DNA of 64,000 nt from a bacterium. Lineage in GTDB: Bacteria; UBA8248. Shown piece after piece: positions 38,567 through 46,400 of the stretch. The stretch lies in the NCBI GenBank assembly GCA_965207065.1, contig OZ242260.1:2016001-2080000 (forward strand). Reading direction: 5' to 3'. The translations under genes were made by a program, and so were the position numbers. Below the pieces are notes generated by a model. It searched no databases. It saw nothing but the letters and a program-made list of their open reading frames with translations, and was not told the DNA's origin. Position 1 is the first letter of the stretch; each line of letters opens with the position of its first letter.

Positions 38567-39526
38567 CTATTCGACGCGCTGCCTGTTGGCGCCGAATGAG
38601 CCTACGATTTCGCCGCGTTCGAAGACGCCCACGGCGCCGGCATGGTCCTCACCAATGAAGCGTCCCTGAATGTAGTCCTCGCTTCCGGTCGACTTTTCCC
38701 CGAATGCGCCGCCGTGGAGCGGAACGTTCTCCCAGGGCGGGATGCTCCTGCCTTCCAGCCTGGCGCTGGTTTCGTGATCCCGGAGATTGTTGAAAACGAC
38801 GTCGACCGCCGGATTGGCGAGGTCGTCGATGTCGAGCGTCGCATCGCCCCGCACGAACTGGCCGCGGGTCACCTGGTCGCTCACGTCCACGCCGATCATC
38901 ACCCCTTTCCATGTGGCGGACATATCCTGTCGGGCCGTCGGCGCCGTGGTACTCGCCACGCCGAGGGCGCTGGAGTCGAAGACGTCGCCCGGCCCCACGG
39001 GCCGGCCCTGCCCATCCCTGATCGTCAGGGTTGTCCGGTTGACGAAGAAAGCGCCCTCTTCGAGCCAACCGCCGTAAAACCTTGCGCTGAACGCCCTTTC
39101 TCCGGTACGCAGACCGAAGCCTTCTACGAGCGGGACGCCGCGAACGGTTTCTGTCTGCGGCTTGAGCGTCAGGGAATCCTTCAAACGCTCTGCGAAATGT
39201 TTGCCGCCGAAGTCGGAGCGTGGGTCGCCGAGGGCGCGCGCCAGCGCAGCATCCAGACCCTCGGAAGTCGGGCTTACGGCGCAGACCACGCCTTCGCATT
39301 TGGTGAAGGTGCGCGACGATCCTCCATCGAAGCGAAACACGCGCTGATCGCTTGCAAGCACCGTGGTGGAGGATTCCACCCTTGCAATCGTGCCGAGCCT
39401 GACCTGCTGCGACGTTCGTTCGGTATCGAATTCCATCGACGCCATGTTTTCCCGACTCCCGGCGCCGCAACCGGAAAGGAGGAGCATCGCGGCTATCGCA
39501 ATCAACGCGGCTGTGGTGCGCATCAT
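38567..39526 (-). CDS. Lipoprotein with C-terminal TbpB-like beta-barrel
   Basis: Lipobox LSGC; ATWKG.M.G; GRF.G..H....GVF....GSFGA C-terminal pattern; AGGAG before ATG 39526. Confidence 0.7.
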   Translation of the reverse strand: MMRTTAALIAIAAMLLLSGCGAGSRENMASMEFDTERTSQQVRLGTIARVESSTTVLASDQRVFRFDGGSSRTFTKCEGVVCAVSPTSEGLDAALARALGDPRSDFGGKHFAERLKDSLTLKPQTETVRGVPLVEGFGLRTGERAFSARFYGGWLEEGAFFVNRTTLTIRDGQGRPVGPGDVFDSSALGVASTTAPTARQDMSATWKGVMIGVDVSDQVTRGQFVRGDATLDIDDLANPAVDVVFNNLRDHETSARLEGRSIPPWENVPLHGGAFGEKSTGSEDYIQGRFIGEDHAGAVGVFERGEIVGSFGANRQRVE

Positions 39527-39753
39527 CCGTCTCTCCTTGTAATTCCTCGCATCGGCGGCCTTTCGCATTTGCGCCTCTGACCGCCTCCGCCAAGGCGATG
39601 CGCTCACGTTCCGTCGTGAATCGCCCGAAGAGGAGCCGGCGGGCAAGAGCGGACACCGAGCATGCCGAACCCATCCGAAGCAGGTCTCGCCCCGGCCCTT
39701 GGTGGCATTATATGAAGCGTCGTCGAGGAATTCACGGAAAAAGATCCCCTCAC

Positions 39754-39869
39754 GGGGGCTGTTGAAAAAGCTCCGATGAACGAGAGTTTGACATGAGCGA
39801 GGAGCGATCGATCGTGTTTTGGCAGGGACAGGTTGCGACCTCGGACAGGCACAGCGGCCTGTCCGCTAC
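39754..39869. repeat. Repeat mosaic: IS-end-like GGGCTGTTGAAAAA, one inverted 24-bp unit, and partial REP hairpins
   Basis: GGGGCTGTTGAAAAAG 39755-39770; reverse complement of 39773-39796 is TCATGTCAAACTCTCGTTCATCGG; GCAGGGACAGGTTGCGACCT 39822-39841. Confidence 0.65.
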
Positions 39870-39974
39870 GTTGAACAATTCGATGATCGGGATTACCTCC
39901 CCTCGAGGGGGTTTTCGGTGGCCCCCGAACTCCGGCTCGTGCGGGCTTGCTCGCTCTTATGCGCCGGCGGGCTG

Positions 39975-40997
39975 CTACTCCGCTGTGCGGTGGAAATGGG
40001 GGAGGACTTCCTCACCGAGCAGCCGGATCGCGTTCATTATCTTGGCGTGATCGAGACCCGGAAACTGCATGCGGAAGTGCATGGAGGTCGTTCCGAGTTC
40101 ATCCCGGTATCGTTCGATCTGGCGAATGCAGTCATCCGGCGACCCCAGAATGAATCGCCCCCGTAGATTTTCCGTCGCTTCCGCGCCCCGCTGCACCGGT
40201 TTGCCATCGTCGTCCACCAGGTGGCCCCAATCGAGATACTCCTGGTAGTTGTAGAGCATGGGTTCGCGCGCCTCCTCCCATGCCTGCTCGCTCTCTTCGG
40301 CCACGTAGGCTTCGCGCCTTAAGGGGAACTCCACACCGGACGCGTCCTTCCCGGCTTCGGCCAGTGCGTCGAGATAGACCTGTTTCCGCTCCTTGAGCAA
40401 TTTAAGCGGGGTGACCGGATCGGCGAGCCATGCGTCGCCCATGCGCGCGGCGCGGCGGACCGCGGCGGGCAGCTTGGCCCCCACCCAGATGGGCGGGCAG
40501 GGCTTCTGCTCAGGCCGGGGCATGAGGGTGACGTCCTCCATGGGAAAGCAGGGGCCCGGATGCGTCAAGCCGCGCTCCGTCAACAACCGGCGAACCAGCC
40601 CCAAAGACTCCTCGAAGCGGGCGGCCCTATCCTCGAAGGGGACGCCGAATGCCGCGAATTCCTCCCGCCTGTAGCCGAGCCCCACCCCCAGTACGAAGCG
40701 GCCCTTGGACATGATGTCCAGCACCGCGGCGTCCTCGGCCACCGCCAGCGGGTGATAGAAGGGGAGGAGGAGGACGCAGGTGCCGATCCGCATCTTCTCC
40801 GTCCGGGTGGCGATGCCGGCGGCGGTCACCATGTTGGAGGGGAAATAGCCGTTGTCCTCCACCATGTGGTGTTCGCTCGTCGTCACCATGTCGAAGCCGT
40901 ACTTCTCCGCCAGGGCGATCTGCTCCAGCGAATTGTGATAGGCGCCCACCCAGTCACCGGTGCGGGACTGATAGCTGTAGTGCAAGGCGAATTTCAT
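39975..40997 (-). CDS. LLM-class flavin-dependent oxidoreductase
   Basis: GFD....SEHH, HPLAVAEDAA.LD..SKGRF.LGVGLGYR, PPIWVG. Confidence 0.9.
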   Translation of the reverse strand: MKFALHYSYQSRTGDWVGAYHNSLEQIALAEKYGFDMVTTSEHHMVEDNGYFPSNMVTAAGIATRTEKMRIGTCVLLLPFYHPLAVAEDAAVLDIMSKGRFVLGVGLGYRREEFAAFGVPFEDRAARFEESLGLVRRLLTERGLTHPGPCFPMEDVTLMPRPEQKPCPPIWVGAKLPAAVRRAARMGDAWLADPVTPLKLLKERKQVYLDALAEAGKDASGVEFPLRREAYVAEESEQAWEEAREPMLYNYQEYLDWGHLVDDDGKPVQRGAEATENLRGRFILGSPDDCIRQIERYRDELGTTSMHFRMQFPGLDHAKIMNAIRLLGEEVLPHFHRTAE

Positions 40998-41009
40998 CGA
41001 TCCATCCTC

Positions 41010-42404
41010 CTACAGGGCGACTTCGGGCTTGCCGCGCGGAACAAACTGCCCGTAGCCCGGCTCTTGCACGAGTTCCCCGTCCCGGAGGAGCGGCTTTCCG
41101 CGCAGGAGGCTATGCTCCAGTCTGCCGCTGAGCTCCCACCCCTCGAAGAGCGAGTAGTCGGAATTCGTGTGCTGCCCCGCCGCCGTCACGGTTGAGCTCC
41201 CTTCGGGGTCGATAACGACGATGTCGGCGTCGGAGCCGACCCCGAGCGCGCCTTTCTGCGGGTAGAAGCCCAGGGTGCGCGCCGGGTTCTCGCTCGTGAG
41301 CTGTACGAGGCGCTCGACCGAAATCCGCCCGCGGGCGACGCCCTCGCTGTAGAGAACCGGAAGGAGGGTCTCGATGCCGGGCGCGCCGAAGGGAGACTGG
41401 GTGAAGGGCGGGTCGTTCTTCTGCGCCCGGGTGTAGGGGGCGTGATCGCTCCCGACGAGGTGGATCCATCCATCCTGGACCCCCTTCCACAGAGCGGAAA
41501 TGTCCGCCTCCTCGCGCAGCGGAGGCGCCACCTTGGCCGGCGCTCCCATCTCCCGCACGGCCTCACCCGTCAAGGTCAGGTACTGCGGGCAGGTTTCCAC
41601 GACGATATTCTTCCCGGCGGCCAGCCCGCGCCGCGCCTCATCGAGGGCCAGTTCCGCCGTGAGGTGAACGATGTAGAGCGGGCAGCCCGCCAGATCCGCC
41701 AGGTGGATCGATTTCGCGACCGATGAGGCCTCAAGCTCCGGCGGGCGTGAGTATTCCTGGAAATCGGCGCCGTCCATTCCGGCGTCGAAGGCCTTGTTCT
41801 CCAGGTAGTCGATGACAGGACCGTTTTCGGCGTGGACGAGCACGGTGCCCCCATGACGCCCCACGATTTCGAGCGCCGCGTAGAAGTATTCGTCCGGGAT
41901 GCAGCGGCCGCGGCCCCGCTTCTTATAGCCCATCATGACCTTGAAGCTCGTGACGCCGCCCTCGATGGCCCTGGGGATCTCGGCGAGGTAGTCGAAGTCC
42001 TCGAATATCCAGGCGTGCAGCGAGAAGTCGACCACGCTCCCCGCTTCGCCCTCCTCGCGGATGCGATCCAAAGTGTTGAGCATGGTCTCGTTCTCCTCGC
42101 CCGTGGCGAAAACGACCATGGTCGTGACGCCTCCGTGCGCGGCGCTGCGCGCAACGTCGGCCAGGGAATCGATGTGGTTCGAATACGCCCGGCAATGGAC
42201 GTGGGGGTCGATGACGCCCGGAAGAACGAGCTTGCCCGGCACATCCAGCACTTCATCGGCGGCCGGCATGCTCTCGGGCGCGCCCACGCAGGCGACCTTC
42301 CCGTCCCGGACCCCGAGAGCAGCCTCCTGGCGGCCGTGACCGGAGACGACCGTGCCGCCCGTAACGAGCAGGTCGAGTGGTTTCTGATGGGAACTGTCAG
42401 TCAT
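41010..42404 (-). CDS. Cyclic amidohydrolase (dihydropyrimidinase/allantoinase/dihydroorotase family)
   Basis: PGVIDPHVH, GGVTT, SFK, VHAEN, ETCPQYL, PPLR, SDHAP, KG.L..GSDAD. Confidence 0.9.
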   Translation of the reverse strand: MTDSSHQKPLDLLVTGGTVVSGHGRQEAALGVRDGKVACVGAPESMPAADEVLDVPGKLVLPGVIDPHVHCRAYSNHIDSLADVARSAAHGGVTTMVVFATGEENETMLNTLDRIREEGEAGSVVDFSLHAWIFEDFDYLAEIPRAIEGGVTSFKVMMGYKKRGRGRCIPDEYFYAALEIVGRHGGTVLVHAENGPVIDYLENKAFDAGMDGADFQEYSRPPELEASSVAKSIHLADLAGCPLYIVHLTAELALDEARRGLAAGKNIVVETCPQYLTLTGEAVREMGAPAKVAPPLREEADISALWKGVQDGWIHLVGSDHAPYTRAQKNDPPFTQSPFGAPGIETLLPVLYSEGVARGRISVERLVQLTSENPARTLGFYPQKGALGVGSDADIVVIDPEGSSTVTAAGQHTNSDYSLFEGWELSGRLEHSLLRGKPLLRDGELVQEPGYGQFVPRGKPEVAL

Positions 42405-42614
42405 GAAATCCTCCCTGGCAGGCAGCCGCCTGTGTCGATACAGGCAGTCGCTTCACGCCCGCTCCAGATTTATGAAATTACCCGTCCATGAAGCGGTAAT
42501 TGAGTCTTGAGCCTTCCGTTGATTTTGAAGGAGCATATCATAAAATCCGCGCGGGTCGCCCGTGAGCGGAGCTGATCGTCGGTCTGCGGCCTCAAACCAT
42601 TTGTAAGTCATTAC

Positions 42615-42643
42615 TTGACAAATCTGTCTCTTCCCGTTAGCTT
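42615..42643 (+). promoter_or_regulatory. Sigma70-type promoter of higBA
   Basis: TTGACA (42615) -17 nt- TAGCTT (42638); imperfect inverted repeat TTGTAAGT..ACTTGACAA overlaps the -35. Confidence 0.7.
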
Positions 42644-42649
42644 GCGCCC

Positions 42650-42928
42650 ATGATTCGGAGCATTCGGCATAAGGGTCTTCGGGATTATTGGACGAGGGGG
42701 CGGGCGAGGGGCCTGAACGCCGATTGGATTCGAAAGTTGCGGCGAATTCTCTCGACTCTGGAGGCCGCCGAGAGGCCGGAGCAGATGAACTATCCCGGCT
42801 CATATTTTCATCCGTTAAGAGGCGATATGGCGGGGCGCTACGCCGTTCGCCTGAGCGCCAACATGCGCGTCACTTTCGGGTGGGACGACGACGGCGCAAC
42901 GGACGTAGACATAGAGGATTACCACTGA
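42650..42928 (+). CDS. higB: HigB (RelE/ParE superfamily) toxin
   Basis: MIRSIRHKGL, H.L.GD..G.YAVR...N.R.TF, DIEDYH. Confidence 0.92.
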   Translation: MIRSIRHKGLRDYWTRGRARGLNADWIRKLRRILSTLEAAERPEQMNYPGSYFHPLRGDMAGRYAVRLSANMRVTFGWDDDGATDVDIEDYH

Positions 42929-43233
42929 TGATCGAGAGACACCCTTCCATCGACCCGGCGCATCCGGGAGAAATCCTGCGCGAGGACGTACTGCCTGCGC
43001 TCGGGGTGAGCAAGACGGCGGTGGCCACGGCCCTAGGCATATCCCGGCAGACGCTCTACGACATCCTGAACGAAAAGCAGCCGGTCACCGCCGAGATGGC
43101 GGTCCGCTTCGGCAAGCTCTTCGGCAACGGTTCGGGCTTCTGGGTCAACCTCCAGCGCAACCACGATCTGGCGCGCGCGGAGCGCTCGGTGGACGTAAGC
43201 GGAATACCGACGCTCGAAGCGAAGGGTGCTTAG
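42928..43233 (+). CDS. higA: HigA antitoxin (HTH)
   Basis: P.HPGEILRED, LGISRQTL, VTAEMAVR, FW.NLQ; TGATG overlap with higB. Confidence 0.92.
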   Translation: MIERHPSIDPAHPGEILREDVLPALGVSKTAVATALGISRQTLYDILNEKQPVTAEMAVRFGKLFGNGSGFWVNLQRNHDLARAERSVDVSGIPTLEAKGA

Positions 43234-43245
43234 GATGCGGTAGTG

Positions 43246-43273
43246 GCAGGGACATGTCGCGACCTGTCCCTAC
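43246..43273. repeat. GTAG-family REP palindrome (2 mismatches to the 28-mer)
   Basis: GCAGGGACATGTCGCGACCTGTCCCTAC. Confidence 0.85.
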
Positions 43274-43367
43274 GAAAGGCGTAATTGCTCTCTCTTCGGT
43301 CGTGTCAAACCCTCGTTTATCGGGCCTGTTGAAAAACCCCTTTCGGGTCGAGTCAAACCGCTCCGCC

Positions 43368-43510
43368 GTCATTCCGGCGAAAGCCGGAATCCAGAGCCGA
43401 TGAGGATCAACATGAGCCGGTGTTTCATGTTCACACCACTCAGATGGGAAAAAGCGAAGAACAAAGACGAAAAGACAAAATCCCTGGATTCCGGCATACG
43501 CCGGAATGAC
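43368..43510. repeat. Inverted doublet of GTCATTCCGGC..GCCGGAATCCAG hairpins (REPIN/MITE-like)
   Basis: GTCATTCCGGCGAAAGCCGGAATCCAG 43368-43394 and CTGGATTCCGGCATACGCCGGAATGAC 43484-43510. Confidence 0.8.
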
Positions 43511-43646
43511 GGTGGTCTATCTCGATCGATGAGGAAGAGAGTATGGGCCGTTCGCGAACGGCCCATAGGGGTAAACCTCGACAAAGTTTGCGAACCGCAA
43601 CTGCAATCCAGTCGCGTCGTCCGACCCGCTTAAGTTCCGCCTGCCC

Positions 43647-45959
43647 CTACAACGGGCCGAAGTCGGGCGGGGGGATGCGGCGCTTCGAGGCCGCCTCGTA
43701 GGTCGAGGCGATCCGCAGCAGCACGTCCTCCCTGCCGGGTTCGGCGCGGAACACGAGCGAGAACGGCAGGCCGGGTTCTGGGATGGTGGTGGCCTGGTCG
43801 TTGTGGGCGGAGATGAACCGCGTCCCGTCCTCGCTCAGTTCGAAAACGGGGTCATAGGTCGTGCGCACGTAGCCCGCCGGCACGAGCACTTCGGTAAGTC
43901 CTGCGTTCGGCCCGCTTTGCGATTCGGGCCGGGAGTTGAGCAGGAGGCCGGGCTGTACCGCGCCGCCGATGATGGCGGGCGGGAACGGCGTGTGCAGGCG
44001 CACGAGAGCGTCGAGCTTGTTCTCCAGTATCACCATCATGTCCACGCGGCGCAGCAGTTCGCGCAGCATGATGCGCTCGTTCACCCCCTGGCGGCCCCCG
44101 TGGGGATTGCGCGGGTCTGCGACTTCCTCCCAGTTTTTGAAGGCGGCGCGATGGTCGTCGCCCCAGAACTTGGAGCGTTCGTTCAGCTCCGGAAATCCCG
44201 TGATGGTCTCTGCGAACCCGCGCTCCTTCCAGTCCTCCGCACGGCGCGATAGGTACTGGTGGATGTGGTAGCGGAACGTCATGGCGAGTTCCTGCTGCTG
44301 TACGGTGGGGAGGTCGAGGTTGACCGGCTGCTCGATTCTGCCCTCGCCCATGTCGAGCATGTAGTCGATGGGCTGCATATCGCCCGAGCCGAAGACGACG
44401 CCCGGTGCGAACTCGGTGGGGACGATGGCTTCGGCGAACTCGGTGAAGAGCGGTTCGCCCTCGGGCGTGAGACGGAACATGATGTCCGGCATGAAGACGG
44501 GGATGAGCCTGGCGAGCGCGCGGCGGAAATCCGTCTTCATCGTCTCGATCTCGGGGTCGCCCGCCCAGAGCGGGTCGGTGGATTCGAGGAGTTTCGCCCC
44601 GAGTTTTTGGCCGAGCACCTCATTAATCTCCCGGCCTGCCGCGTTGACGATAGGCTCTTCCGACTTCGAGCCCCTCGGATACACCATGGACTCGCGGATG
44701 ACCCCGATACGCACGCCTTCGAGCGCGCCCGCCTCCCCGCTCGTCTTGATGTGCGACGCGTAAGGCGTATCCAGGACGGAGGAGCGCGGCACCGTGGTGA
44801 ACGGGTCGCGCGGGTCGTAGTAGCCGTTCACCGGGTCCTTCAGGGAGTCGAGCACTTTTGCGCAATCGGCGAGTGATTTCGTGATGATGCCGCTCCTGTC
44901 GCAGTAGATGTCCGCGCCGATGGCTCCGCCGTCGAAGCCGAGCATCGCCTTGTGCGGCAGGATGAGCGCGACGGCGTTGTGGTTCGACGGTCCCCGGCAG
45001 GAGGCCCTCGTCTCCTCGCCCAGGCTCGCCATCACCATGTTGGTGCTCACCGAGAGGGCGGAGCCGGAACTCGAACCCAGTGAGGCCGCGCGCGTGGTGT
45101 CGTAGGGGTTCGAGGGGTTTCCGCCCCACGTGCTGCGCTGGTAGCCCAGGACGGAGGGCAGCACCTTATCGGGCGCGTGCCGCCCGCCCGGATCGCCCGC
45201 GCGCCCGTTGTATTCGGTGCTCACGGCCTTGGCGAAGATGATGGCGCCCTTGTTCCTGAGCTGTTCGACGAGAATGTGGTCGCGCGCGGGAAAATCGATG
45301 TCATAAGCCGCGTCGCCCCCGCCGGTGGAGCGCATGTCCTTCGTGTCGAAGGGGTCCTTGAAGGAGAAGGTGACCCCATACATCGGCATTTTTTCGAGGT
45401 CGGGGTCGGCGCCGTATTCGGCGTCGAGTTCCGCCGCGCGCTCCAGCGCGTCGGGGTAGTGGCGGAAGACCTCGCACATGGGCGGCGCGCCCGGGGGCAG
45501 GGGGCCTTCTGCGGGATGCCTGTCGAAATCGCCCTTGCACGTTACGGAGCGCTCGCCGCGAATGTTCAGGGTGGCGAGGGCGTTCACCTGGCCCGCGTTC
45601 GGGACTCCGACGATCATGCCGTATTGCTGCTCGACTTCCGGGTCGGACGCCGTATCCTCCATGCGCCCGAACTCGAGGGGCGGCCCTGCGTATTTATCCA
45701 GATCGGGCAGGTAGTCGGTCGCCTTCACCGTCTCCGTCGGAAACTTGATAGGCGAGCCGCCGCGCATCGTACCCCTGGCTTCGGGGACGGGCGCGCCGTC
45801 TTCGGTGACCAGCATGCTGGAGACACCGTTGTACGCGCGAACGCGCTCCAGGTAGCGCTCCACCACTTCGACGCATGTGGCGTGGCCCTCGCGAATCGCC
45901 GCGTGCAGATCCTCGATGCTCGCTTCTTCCAGGCGGAACGCCCCGCTCTTATCCTCCAT
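43647..45959 (-). CDS. Large amidase-signature family protein (770 aa)
   Basis: FKDPFDT, GAIIFAK, NPYD, GSSSGS, GEET.ASCRGP, YEAAS.RR.PP. Confidence 0.85.
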   Translation of the reverse strand: MEDKSGAFRLEEASIEDLHAAIREGHATCVEVVERYLERVRAYNGVSSMLVTEDGAPVPEARGTMRGGSPIKFPTETVKATDYLPDLDKYAGPPLEFGRMEDTASDPEVEQQYGMIVGVPNAGQVNALATLNIRGERSVTCKGDFDRHPAEGPLPPGAPPMCEVFRHYPDALERAAELDAEYGADPDLEKMPMYGVTFSFKDPFDTKDMRSTGGGDAAYDIDFPARDHILVEQLRNKGAIIFAKAVSTEYNGRAGDPGGRHAPDKVLPSVLGYQRSTWGGNPSNPYDTTRAASLGSSSGSALSVSTNMVMASLGEETRASCRGPSNHNAVALILPHKAMLGFDGGAIGADIYCDRSGIITKSLADCAKVLDSLKDPVNGYYDPRDPFTTVPRSSVLDTPYASHIKTSGEAGALEGVRIGVIRESMVYPRGSKSEEPIVNAAGREINEVLGQKLGAKLLESTDPLWAGDPEIETMKTDFRRALARLIPVFMPDIMFRLTPEGEPLFTEFAEAIVPTEFAPGVVFGSGDMQPIDYMLDMGEGRIEQPVNLDLPTVQQQELAMTFRYHIHQYLSRRAEDWKERGFAETITGFPELNERSKFWGDDHRAAFKNWEEVADPRNPHGGRQGVNERIMLRELLRRVDMMVILENKLDALVRLHTPFPPAIIGGAVQPGLLLNSRPESQSGPNAGLTEVLVPAGYVRTTYDPVFELSEDGTRFISAHNDQATTIPEPGLPFSLVFRAEPGREDVLLRIASTYEAASKRRIPPPDFGPL

Positions 45960-46217
45960 GACGCATCCTTTCGTATCCTCTCGTGTCGGCTCGCCCCGTC
46001 CTGAGGAGGGAGCGGCATCCGGTATCAGTCGATGCGGGAATACTATGGGCGAGGCGCGGTTTTGGCAACGGCGGGAGGAGAAAATGAGGGGGATGGATAC
46101 GAGAAAACGCTCCCGCGTCGCGCCGGTTCGAACGGGGAACGATGGCCGGAACGCTCATTACCGCATCTGGCGGGATTGATTATCTTCGGGTGATTCCCGC
46201 CATCGACCGACTTACCG

Positions 46218-46293
46218 GAAACATTCGGGAAACAATCCCGAAACCCCTATTTAACGATCGCGAAACCCACAAGACACGTATGGCTCATATCCT
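46218..46293 (+). promoter_or_regulatory. 11-bp-phased pentamer array plus -10 element upstream of the Dpp-type ABC operon
   Basis: GAAAC 46218, 46229, 46240; TTAAC 46251; GAAAC 46262; GACAC 46273; TATCCT 46288. Confidence 0.8.
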
Positions 46294-46400
46294 GATGAAT
46301 GTAGCAATGGGGCGGCAGCGTTCTTTCGGCTCGAATCTTCACCTACATGGAACATTTTCCCCGCAACCCGCGTCGCCGGGCGCAACGAAGGAGATGAGTG

